A stretch of DNA of 64,000 nt from a virus, in IMG/VR virus record IMGVR_UViG_3300044712_002699, positions 1 to 64,000 of that record; one strand, 5' to 3'. Of the stretch, positions 29,001 through 40,000 are shown piece by piece; positions within the stretch are counted from its first letter, which is position 1, and every line of letters starts with the position of its first letter. The translations under genes were made by a program, and so were the position numbers. The notes under the pieces were generated by a model. It saw only the letters and a list, made by a program, of their open reading frames with translations, did no database searches and was not told the DNA's origin.

Positions 29001-31002
29001 CTCCAGTAAATATGATGTCATTATCTTGTCCTAGACTTAATCGTGGATCACTTCCCTCTAGTATCTTTGCTGACGTTATTCGGTATGTAGTATCTCCTGT
29101 GTAGGAGTTAACAACTGTTTCTACTGAGAGAGTCGCCTGCCCAACATACTTGGCATTGATTGCACTTTGACCGGCCTGTATGTGCGGGAACCAGTCCTTA
29201 TCCGGATCCTCTGTCGCGTCTACAAGAAAAAGAACTCCTTCATAGTTTGTCTCCAAACCAAGTTCCGACCAATTTCTAATCCCTGAAATATATATGTTGT
29301 AAGTACTGGACTCAAAAATGGAACTCTGGATTAATCCTGTGAGATCCTTCGTGAGCGGGACTCGAAAATAGAATGACGTTCTTTTAAGGGTCAAACCCTT
29401 TGCCACAACTCGATAGCCGTCAACCTCAGTCCAAGGAGCCTCATCATTAAAGACAATTTCATTGTTGTCATCAACAGTTAACCGGGGATCTCCTGAATAC
29501 TTATTATTGAAGATTACTCGGGCAATACCAGTGCCATCCTCAGACATAATGATACGAGCACTTGTCAAATAGATGGCATGTAAGGATTGATCGATTCCAT
29601 ACTTAAGAGGGAAAACCTCTTTAAGCTTAACCGTAGAAGTTACCGGGACTCCCTCCTCGGTCTTATAAGGATCTATTTGACTCGAGTACCAAAAACCCGA
29701 CCTCTCCTTGAAGAACTCCGTATTCATTACAAAATCAGTTTTTGGATCGGTTAAGAAAAGGTTTCCCTTAATACCCTCTCCAAAGAGCTGATCCCACGCC
29801 TTTTGATCCGACGCCAAGTAAATATTGTAATCCCCCGTCACTAAAGTTTCATAGGAAAACCTTGGAGTAGTGTAGCGCGCAGCGTGTAGGCAGGGTCTAT
29901 AATGAAACACTGAAAGTAGGTTCGATAAACCGTCAACATTAACGACAGTGCCCCCTATAACTCGAGTGGGTTGTTTGTTGTCTACAAAAATTAACTCCCC
30001 GTATGAATGCGGGTCATCGGGTGCGGCCCAATTAAGACGATCTCCCTCCACGTCTCTCACAATTTTACAGTAATTACAGAGATGCCCTGTAACCGTACTG
30101 TCATAAGGAGATACGACAGTTCGGAAAGCCATTGAAACCTCTCCAATATAAAGAGCATCGAGGTAAATGCCGCTTCCTATGTAGCGAGGGAATAAGAGAG
30201 GATCCCCCGTGTCGTAATCCTTATCAATAAACAACATTTGACCCTTATACAGGGGGTTTACGAGATCCCACTCAGACTGATTTGATGCTATATATACTCG
30301 ATAGTTATGAGGAGCCGCTGGCAAAGATTGCACCTCAAACGTTTTTGTGGGATCATAAAAAAGCGGTTTTCTAAATCTAGAAAAACTAACATTCAGATAC
30401 AAGTATTCAGAAGGAGTAGGAATTCCGGCCACGGGAATAGTAGCGCCTGGGTTAAGATCCTCATAAATAATGGTATCATTGTCAACTCTAATATTCGTTA
30501 AGTAAGGATCAGTTATAACCACTGAATAAGACATCTCCGTCTGACCTAAGTAACGGGCATTTATTGTAACATTTGCCATTCTCAATGCAAAGAGAATCCT
30601 ACTTTCCGACACAGGTATTCTCAACATATTTGTCGGATAGTTGGGAAACATCTTCGACAAAAACATCTGTCCACTTAGATAACCCCACCCCTGTTGGTCA
30701 GCCGCCAGATAAAGGTACCACTCCCCCGGTTCCGACGCCTTTATCTCCTTGATCGTCCAAAGGCTTGTGTACTCGTTCTCTTCGAACTCAAGGGGATAGC
30801 TGACCTCACCAATACCAAGCTTCAGAGTTAAGCGATGAAAATACACCGCAGTATTTCCTATAGTCTTAGGAGGTCTAGTCTCATCATCAAAATATAAAAC
30901 GTGATCTCCGTCAACAACTATTGGATAAATTGCCTCCAGATTCTTCGCTTCCGGCTTCTGTATTGTGTTATCTAAGATCGTTATTGTGGGTGTTACAGGC
31001 AT
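26017..31002 (-). CDS. Giant modular protein, paralog B N-terminal portion (1661 aa)
   Basis: N-terminus MPVTPTITILD resembles MPYYPTITVLG of paralog C; about 7 modules; ends at a module start (RLGPVSYRPPLF) and lacks the family C-terminal domain. Confidence 0.8.
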   Translation of the reverse strand: MPVTPTITILDNTIQKPEAKNLEAIYPIVVDGDHVLYFDDETRPPKTIGNTAVYFHRLTLKLGIGEVSYPLEFEENEYTSLWTIKEIKASEPGEWYLYLAADQQGWGYLSGQMFLSKMFPNYPTNMLRIPVSESRILFALRMANVTINARYLGQTEMSYSVVITDPYLTNIRVDNDTIIYEDLNPGATIPVAGIPTPSEYLYLNVSFSRFRKPLFYDPTKTFEVQSLPAAPHNYRVYIASNQSEWDLVNPLYKGQMLFIDKDYDTGDPLLFPRYIGSGIYLDALYIGEVSMAFRTVVSPYDSTVTGHLCNYCKIVRDVEGDRLNWAAPDDPHSYGELIFVDNKQPTRVIGGTVVNVDGLSNLLSVFHYRPCLHAARYTTPRFSYETLVTGDYNIYLASDQKAWDQLFGEGIKGNLFLTDPKTDFVMNTEFFKERSGFWYSSQIDPYKTEEGVPVTSTVKLKEVFPLKYGIDQSLHAIYLTSARIIMSEDGTGIARVIFNNKYSGDPRLTVDDNNEIVFNDEAPWTEVDGYRVVAKGLTLKRTSFYFRVPLTKDLTGLIQSSIFESSTYNIYISGIRNWSELGLETNYEGVLFLVDATEDPDKDWFPHIQAGQSAINAKYVGQATLSVETVVNSYTGDTTYRITSAKILEGSDPRLSLGQDNDIIFTGGTGATEDIGFEPISVELLRLKLPQDSYRPVILFDFKYLRGLSLGYEYFDAYTTRYDTAIATLKSEWSLVHADYPGKMFLRPTWAALSYYNNSGMDPSPGSTNPRTEFPVALYSLGSFSWVFKTSEDPYTGTKGHRIESVKTNDFYKQNIPLGNPDSAPRGFFIDHYGNAFYDKELDDTYYVEADWLSQSGGEWDNPQYLHLPVFHYQHHFLRPTDLIEALGEGVFEERKYNIFLGSNQRDWLYQVSNGRNYKGKMFLAAEEPDGNDLLRIPYADPDTGSNVYLEAEFMGSVDIHLSKYSVKASYQLSYDALKGDLIYADVIDPVLEIDATEVDVSGISLLDAPGRYRLPLLEDTNNGTVGVVQELGGTYNVFLTPDKSDWSDFQYGYRASMFLSTDDCDPVNGIRYYTTDSGISLKAIKVGSVDFEWNCQKQMYKYRVIKMDPIEIMDKYSTVTPDDEWIRESPGSQVPGEQERYPQLWCTRLGPGRPRPPLTAVSAARENEIIIREEWAEDAITEDSTVKQIIRIGVDNTLVEEYSLIGLEDGQEFFVLGITGDGSGSGDVSSSVDHLDGNVRSVTHLMVSPVNGLTMVSYDLGGNLKSPKQVSTAVTASSHYIDLTNIAQIRSVSFLEHVPPQCSIFYAFSFDRKKTWKIFISGAWKDIAQYTDVHIWQFKNKDNAWEAASENNLLSCLRQAMEISFNQSPSLYFTDLAKDAWQRIDVSLERADVVFGLVSDGESQPSVRGITVNAITREQEPVSRSITISSENQVDIENRRGLIRSWEWDNVNRGHFEGVTKYLDPDRSLYFYAFGRVGIPCKEVGYEPLTVVRFRNAGAYSGDYLVLDALVFSEDLWMDGVYSVLFGDYNRLVTQSSTGTDSVVFFTKLDPNLIVNMIEGFTLSVLGKVGVEVTYEEYSTLRPLFVFDMFGPHSEMLNVTDDKYDIEYRWNGPDPTWLPGVWETQILDSPSVYDHIRLGPVSYRPPLFITAVGSGPGPEA

Positions 31003-31003
31003 A

Positions 31004-34000
31004 TTACCCCTGCTCTTCGCTCTCTACCGGATGAAAAAGAAACGTTAGAGAACTAATAACTGGCTCCGGAACTATCTGGAGTGTTTTATTCGAGACCACA
31101 GCATTGCTCTTAACTACAACCTTCGCAATAATACTATCTCCAAGATTAACTTGCCGCTGCCCAATTCTACCGCTGTTGTCGGTGACTTTGAACATTTTGA
31201 TCCGACTATTCATAAGATCATCTAAACCAATTTCCTGTGTCAGTAAAAAGGAAGCATTATCTATCACAGGAGGAGGCTGACCCGAAACAAAATACTCATC
31301 CAAATCAATAGTATAGTCTAGACACCAACTGGTTATCTGTATGACACAATCCTTATTATTCAGATCAGGCGGAAGAATGAACTGCAGTTCGAGATAAATC
31401 GGCTTCCCTTCCGCGTAAATAGGCAACATTACAGCCCCGATATAAACCTCCCCTCCCGAGAAGAAGGAACGGATTCCCGAGTCTGGAACGACTGTTTCAG
31501 TGGCTATTGGGTTGGTTCCAGATACCACAGTACTCCCAAATCCAGAAAATTTACTCTCCGGCTGAGATTCGCTTGCTCTAAAATAAGTCACCTGGACTCG
31601 GCCTACTTTCCATGCCTGAACTTGCTCGCTACCTATGTAAGAGGTGAGAATATCCCCAACAGTGTTAGGCTCGGCTTGACATAAAAAGAGAGAGCCAATA
31701 TAGTCCAAACTTAGATCTTCCCATCCAAGTTCCATAGAAGAAACATACACATTATAAATCCCCTCCAAGAACTCATCAACTACGCTGATCTGACTTGTTA
31801 ATGGATCAAAGAATAGGGGTTTTCCGTTTCCATCCGAATAAGACCACGACATACCCAAAAGAACGACCTCTGTGGCCCGTATCGTCTTTTTCCAATTGTC
31901 CTCATCAACATATCTAAGGCTATTATCAGAAACAATCCTTAGATAGTCCGAGCCCTCAAGTATCTGCGCTGCCCCTGGATATACTTGTTCTAGGCTTTGA
32001 GAAGGCCCATACCTCAGTATAACTTTTCCAACACACCACGACCTAACCTCAGTAGTCTCAAAGAAACCGCTCCAACTCTTCTCACCAGATTTGTCGGGTG
32101 GTGACATGCTGAGAAATGCAGCATCCGAAAAACTCATCCAACGAACGTCTGGTACCGTTCTATAGATATAATATATACCAGCGTCAACCCTTTCGGCAGC
32201 AGGAAAGTGAGTTTCGTAACCGGGTAACGAAAGGGCTAGTGGCTTATCCTCAAATAATAACAAAACTTTACCTACTAATAATGGATTCACGCGATCCCCG
32301 TACTCATTGTACGGACTGCTACCACTATATACTGCAGCCCCGTCACTAAGGCAGTGATGTTCAAACTGTGGTAATCTCTCTTCCCAATACAAATCTTCCG
32401 AACTTTCTCCCACCTTGAGTTGAATATCGCTCCCAGGAAAAACATCAAAAATATAATTACCGTAGTTGCTAGTTAAGGTAAGTTCCTTCGTAGTCGAGAC
32501 GCGTCCTATACACAGAGCCTTTGCAAGAGTTATGGAAGAATCAAGAACATATTCCCCCTCAAAGAGAGACGGACTTTCTGAAGACAAAAATAGTTGGCCT
32601 GAAAAATCCTGCCAAGATGGATCACTAGGCGCTAAATAGAGATAGTAAGCCAACCCAGGGTCTATCTTAGTAACTTCTGGGTATCCACCTATAAGCCTTA
32701 GAGGATTTCTAAACTTACCAACGCCTGATCTAAGAGACTTAATACTGGAGTCAACGCACGTCCCTGATACCTCTTTAGGCCCCGGTCCTCTCAACAACAA
32801 GTCCCCGTCTTCTGTGACAAAAATGATATAAAACGTAAAATTATCAACTAAATAAAACTCTTTACTCAATCCCTCAACAACAACGGGAGATGTCCAACTG
32901 TGGGTTGGTACATCCGAAAGGGTAAGAAAAGAGAAGCCAAACTGCTCCATCTTTTGTCTCCGAAGACTTGACAGTTGACCGACATACCCGAGAACAATCC
33001 TGTGCTTCGTTAGGTTACGGACCACAATCTCCCAATCCCTAATATCCGACAATGAATAGTGACCCCCAGGAACGGTTCTATCGAGATCAGGATATATCCC
33101 TATTGTAGCATCCTCGTCCTGGCTAACCGTTGGGTCAATAAAAATTTCAGGCATCAACTCTGCCTTACTTGTTATCCAACTAGCAGCAACAGATTCCCCC
33201 ACCTTACAAGTCCCAATCTTGAAGGCTGAACAAAGTTGAGGATAATTCCACCAGGAAAAAGACGTAGCCTCTGGTGCCGTCAAATAGATATAACCATATT
33301 GATCCGGCTCTGCCTGTGATAAAAATATTCGCCCATCATAGCCCACAATGTTGGTAGCATCATACTCTGACCCAGCATCGCTGGTTTCTGTAGTAATGTT
33401 ATAAAAAAAGTTCTCATCCGCCATTTGGTAGATATAGTAAACCCCATCTTTCATGTCTACTTGCTTGGCAAAAGCAGCCTTATTCCACCTATCAAATTCA
33501 ACGACTTGGAGTGGATTAAATGTATCAGACGAATACTGGGTCTCTTCTACAGAGTCTGTTAAATATTGAGGAAGACAGAAAGGAACACCCTCAGAGGTCA
33601 CCAGTGTACCTAAGGATGTGTCTTCCGGGCTCCCCACCACTATTGAATTAGCGGTTTCAGTTCGTTGGACATTTATCAAAGGACTCTTACCAAGATTTAC
33701 CTCTTTCATCTGAACCTCAACAACTCCTACTAATTTAGAGGTAACCTCCCTCTCATAATACTCTATTCCCTTTATATCAAATTCAGTGATATCAATAATA
33801 TTGGCTCTATTTACTCCTCCAATACGAGCACTAGGCACCGCAGTAAGATAACCCACGGCACTCCCATCCCATGTCAGTAAGTACTTATGACCTTGTAAAA
33901 TATCATACCGCATCCAATCAGACCAAACATCAATTTCAGTTCCACTCATAGTGAACCCGCTAACTCCTCCAAAAGTAACTCTTATTTTGGGAGGGCTTGT

Positions 34001-37000
34001 TAGGAACCCATAAGTGTCTTGGTCTCTATATCCAAAGTGTGCTTGATTAAGAGAAAAGTCCTGATCCTGATAAGGTCGAGAAAACCGAAATCGTATATAG
34101 TTTCCGCTTGTAGTAAAATCCACAAACCTTCGAAATGTTCCTGAAACAGAGTCCCATCCATTTATACTGTCTGCGGATGTAAGGGTTGATTCCTCTTCCT
34201 CGAGAATATCTTTAACTTCGATACGAGTTATATCAGCAGACGCTGATGGAGAATAGAGCCCGTAACCGGAGACTGAATCCAGATGGGCCTCGCTGGCACC
34301 TCCTTTATAATACGTAGCCTCCTTAGACCCCCGGTTACCTATAGACAGACCCTCAGTATACAGTTGTAACCTCGACATCGCCTCTTCAGTAGGAATTGTT
34401 ACCCAATCTGACCACACTGACTCTGATCCTAAATCTAAGAATAGAGACGTATCTTGCCCCTCGTTGAAAGTGATCTGAGCCACAACTGGGTCTTCAATAG
34501 GTGGAGTATTAAATGCCCCCCATTCACCCACCCACACTTCAGAAATTAAAAGAGGCTCTTGTGCCAGGGGAGGGATAGTAAACTTAAATCTCACAACCTT
34601 AAACTCTTCTCTTGTGAAAATGTTTTGTACACAAGAAATAGTCTTATTTGTGGAGGGCGTATAGATTTGACGTGAAAACTCAGTAACGACAGAACCACCC
34701 TTCTTAGATTCAATACTAACGACATCACCATAAGTGTAAGTATCAAAAGACTCAGAGGGCTCATCAGTAGCAGCATTAGCAGCCGATCCAAAATAAAAAA
34801 CTCTTGGTTCGGGACAGAAATTTCCTATTCCGTACCCGTCCCACGAAAGAAGATAAGTCTTATAAGCCCAACCAGTGTCTGGCCCAGGAAAAGCATACGA
34901 AATCCAGTCTGACCAAACGGTTGTTGTAGTTCGCGGATCAATTACCACGGACGATTGTCCGCTAAACGTTACCCTTCTGACCAGTCCGGGAGTAGAAGTA
35001 AAGTTATGGCTCCAACTATACTCTGCGACACCAAAGAAACAGTTATAAATATTTGCTGGAACTATTGATCCGGGAGGGACGGAGAATTGAAAGCGTATAC
35101 GGGAAAAACTCGAGTACATGTTTAGGGCTCGTCTTATTAGAACCGGCTCAGATGAATTAAATTCGCTGTTAACAATGTTCGCTCTGAAGACTGTTCTTGC
35201 CTGACTGCTTTCTTCTACCTGAATCTCCGAGACGTCAAGTTTTTTAGTCGTATTCCCTGAACTGTTCCGGTATGCTTCTCCCACATCATCTTTGTTAAGG
35301 AGCCCGTATCCATCCCAAGAGATGAGGTAGTCATAAGAGGTATTAACAGAATAGTCTAACCAATCGGTCCACACCTCTGTTTTGCCGACTGACGCGTCTA
35401 ACACATACTGTGATCCCCCCGAAAAAGTTAGGGGTAATTTTCCTGTATAGAAGACGTAATTATAGTTTCGTTGCCCAAAATAAGCCTGGTTAATAATCGC
35501 GTAGCCCTTAGTGGACCCGCAGGGCAAGGAAAACTTGAATCTAACTCGATCAGAATCCTTAACAAAGGACACAACTTGTCTTACATGACACGCCGAGGCC
35601 GAGGACGCCGTCAGAGTATCGTAGTGACAAGACGCCGTGTCAGTCCCATCAAATGCCTCGACTTCAGAGAACGTACTGTACGTATAAGACGATTCAGAGA
35701 GTCTCGGTACGTCTTCTGAGGCTTGATTTGAATTTGATTCAAAAAACGTAGTCAAGAAATCTGAACTAAACCCGAAATCTACAGCCGATCCATCAAAGGC
35801 TAATAAATACTCAATATCCTCTGATATATCAAAATCTACCCAATCCGACCACACCGATGATCCTGGACTAATCTGTAATCCCTCGTTTGAGGAAAACGTC
35901 ACTTGGGATTTTAGGGGATCAGGAGCAAAAGCGTAAGACCCGCTCAGCTGTCCAAAGTAACACTGAGACAGAGAAAAATCGGTCACAGAACTAGTGGGAC
36001 AAGAAAACAAGAATCTGATTCGAGAAGCCGCTTCTCTGGGTCTAATCACGATACGAAACTCGGTATTCCTTGATACAATGTCTTTAGAAATAAACAGTGT
36101 ACTCAATCGATCAGGAAGTGTGGACGAACTAGTTTCAAAAAGTTGAAATTCATTGAATGATATAGAATACGAATACCACCGGGCACTAGCATAGAAGCGG
36201 TAGTATCTGTAAGCCGTAGTATTATTAAAAGTCAGAACGGCAAACTCAGGATAGTTACCCAGAGATGGATTAAAATACGTAGTGCTGTACAGGTTAACCC
36301 AGTTCGAATTATCATTTGATCCCTGTATTGCAAAGTCTCTTGGGGCGTAGTAGGAGCCACCAATCATATATCTAATCTTAGTGACAACTCTTGCATTGCC
36401 TGACCCGAGATCTATCTTCGTCCAATAAGGCGCTGAACCACTTATTGGATTTGATGTCGTAGTATTATCATCATAGACTCGATAAGCATAATTAGAACCA
36501 TCAGACTGAGAAACAACGGCAGGAGATGGAGATGAGTTAGCGTACATGCCCACATTGATTCTCCCCACTAAGTCCTGATTATCACTATACTCAAACCCAC
36601 CCACTACCGGTAAATTATAGAAGTTATCATAATCACCGCCAGGAAATTCTGCTGAATCAACCCCCCACACACCCGATTTTTTGAAAGCATACCTGTAAAC
36701 ACCTCCGGCTATACTACTTCTGTGCCCAAGATATCCTCCCTCATAAGAAACCATATAGGTCTTACCTTTTTGAATGCTAAATGTCCCCCAATCTGTCCAA
36801 GATGAACGAAGGTCTCCTATTAACTGTTTTCCACTACTACCCGAAAATGTGAGTTGGATTTTTGAAGGGGTCGAAGCAAAATGGTAATTAGTCCCAGGGG
36901 CCACTTCTCCAAAATAACAAGAAGTGAGGAGCATAGGCGACGCCGAATCCTTTCCAAACCTTACCCTTACCCCCATCGCGTCTCTAGGCGCTACCCAAGG

Positions 37001-40000
37001 AGCCCTAAAATTATAGGAATAAGTCGGAAATCCAGATGATAAATCGTTGTTTACCTGATAAATAGTTTCTACAGTTCCGGATCCTCCTGCTGACGAGGAC
37101 AAATCTATACCTATTATATCCATCCACGCTGTGTCACTTCCATAAGAAAAGGAAGGAACATCTACGTTTGCATAACCAGAACCACTAGTATAATATACAT
37201 AGGGGGTAGCCACACCGTGCAACGGTTCATACGTATCAATAGCAATTAGAAGATACGGGTCTCCGTAATCACTAGAAAGTTCTGTTATTGATACCCAGTC
37301 CGACCACAAAGATTCACCCGGAGACAGGGTAACGCCCGCGGACCCGGAGTTAAAGGTTACCGGGATTATACTACCAGCAAAAATCGTTGATAGGTTACCG
37401 TTAGTTATTCCAACAGTCATAGCCTGTATAGTTAAATCATCAGTGGCATCCTCCGGGTTAACCAACTTCAATCTAATATGACCATTTCCCATATATTTAT
37501 CAGTTATTACAAAACGAACATGATACTTTTTTCGTTCCGAAGCACCTTCTCCGGTAGTTATCGGGAATGTATGGAGACGTTTTATCCCCGATCCATCATA
37601 ATCAACCTCGACACTGGAAAGAGGAGCTGACCAATCTATTCCTAGTGACGTAAAATCAGTCGGAGGTTCCTCCATATGAGAATTAGAAGAAGAGACACTT
37701 TTATAGCCAGACCCCACAGAAGCAGTTTCAACATTCGTATAAGCATCTCCGGAAGACTCATCCCAAGACAAGACATAGTTACCGGAACTAATGTCAAAGT
37801 TAATCCAGTCAGACCAGATTTCTGTATCTTGATCACTTAAAAAAATAAGTCTTTGAGAACTATTAAACGTTACAGGCTGCTTTTGCGGACTCGACGCGAA
37901 ACAATATGGGTCTGAAGCCAGTGAGTCTTGCTTTCCAAAATAGACCTCACTAATACAGATGAGCGAAACTATGTCGGGCGGAGCAGACACCTTAAACCTA
38001 ACTCTGCTAAATGAACCATCGAAGTATAAGACTCGACGGCGGGTCGCTGCGGCTTGGCCTGTTCCAGTCACTGGTCTGGCAAAATTATTCGTTACCTCTC
38101 CATCGAGGCTAGTTTCTATTTGTGACACATCAAGTGCAGTTGTAGAAGATACTAGGTTCCACGAGTAATCTTCTTCAGCATCCAATGCCTCTCTGCCGTA
38201 AGCAATCTCCAAGTCCGACCCGAAATTGTTATTAAGAGACCCATCCCACCATAAGAGATAAATGCTGTCAGGGGGCTGCTCAGAAAAATCAAAATCAATC
38301 CAATCGCTCCAAAACTCTTGCATATATGTATCGATATCTATTGACGGATAGCCCGCAAAAGTTAACGGGATAGGATCAAGGCTTGGGTCAAAAACAAATG
38401 CTATATTACTTTGAAGTCCAAACTTTGCCGACTTTATCCTAACAGATTGAACGTCAGTTATATTCGTCGAGAACCTAAATCGAATCTTTGTGGCTGAATT
38501 TGATGCCGTCTTGAAAGCTTTAATACATATATCTCCATAAGCCTCTCTCGAAATAATCACCTGTTCCCGGACGTCTACTACTCCGGAGCTGGGCGTTACT
38601 TCGATCTGAGAAACGTCACAGAGATCATAAATATAATCGAATCCGTAAGTATAATCGGCTGCTCCGAGCTGATTTTTCTTATATGAATCATTAAGAACAA
38701 CAGTATTTCCAGCAGTAGGACCGCCCCACGAGATAATATAACGTACTCCCTTTGTCATCGAGAACGAAACCCAGTCAGACCAAATCGTAGAGAGGGGAGG
38801 TAGATTTAGGTAGGGTTGACCGTTATTGAAGGTAACAGGAACTTTCGATGGAGGATTGACAAAATGAGGGCCGATGTCATCATATTCATCAAGAACTCCC
38901 TGATTAGCCATTCCGAAATATGCCCGCGTGATAACCAACGGCTCTGATGTATTAAGTGACTTAAACTTGAACCTTATCTGGTCACAGTCTTGACTCGGGG
39001 TGACCCATAACCTAAAACTGTTCCCGGTTATCTTACTGTATGTAAGATCATTATCTAACTTTACAGCGGGGATAGAGGATATCCTCGATCCTATAACGGT
39101 AGCCGTGATAACATCAGTACCCGGATCCGGTTCTATAGAACTTAGAATGAGAGAATTTTGACTGCCAATTAGAACTTGATCTTCCCATTCAGGCTCATTA
39201 CCAGTCAAATAAACATTATAAGTCCCACTTTTCGGTTCGGCAGGAAGAGATAGAGAAAGCGTATCACCTCTATAAGAAATAATCGGAGGTAACTGATACG
39301 TCTTCGGAACGTTTAGTGTTAGATAAGAAACATCAATAACAGACCCCCCAATCTCCATAATTCCGAGATCGGGGTCTGAAAAATACAGTTCATTCGTCAC
39401 GGGGTGTGTTGCTAAACCCTTCGTGTAGGGCTCAAGAATCTCTATCTCAGAGATTTGATACGTCGGCATAGCATAGTTTATCGTATCCTGGATTCTAGAA
39501 AACTTAATCCAGGCTTGCCCGAGCTTAATAGCATCGACAGAATTTTCGGAATCTACTGAGATAGGAAATGAAAAATTTTCCGACGCCCTAGTTAAAAACA
39601 GCCCACCACTAGAAGATAGATTGTAGTAAGACTCAGCCTGCTCCCACCCATAAAGAGAAGGAGTGACCCAAATATCCCACAGTTCTCTCTGTCCTCGGTC
39701 GAACAGACTCACCCCGAGAAGAGTGTTCTTATAATAACGAATAGTCTTCTTAACATTTGTGTAAAACCGCCGAGAACTAATCAGATCGAGATTAGCAACT
39801 TTCGTTCGGTAAGGCCCGATAAATTTGTAGGGATTCTGACTGTTAACGTAGGCTGGATTACTGCCGCCTCCGTAATAATCCATTCCAGCGTCTACTCGGT
39901 CTATGATAACTCCCTCTGTTGGATAGTATCGGTATCTTTGCTCTTCTTCATCGAAGAAACTATTAATAGTGTAACTCATCGCCCCGAGATAGTAAGCATA

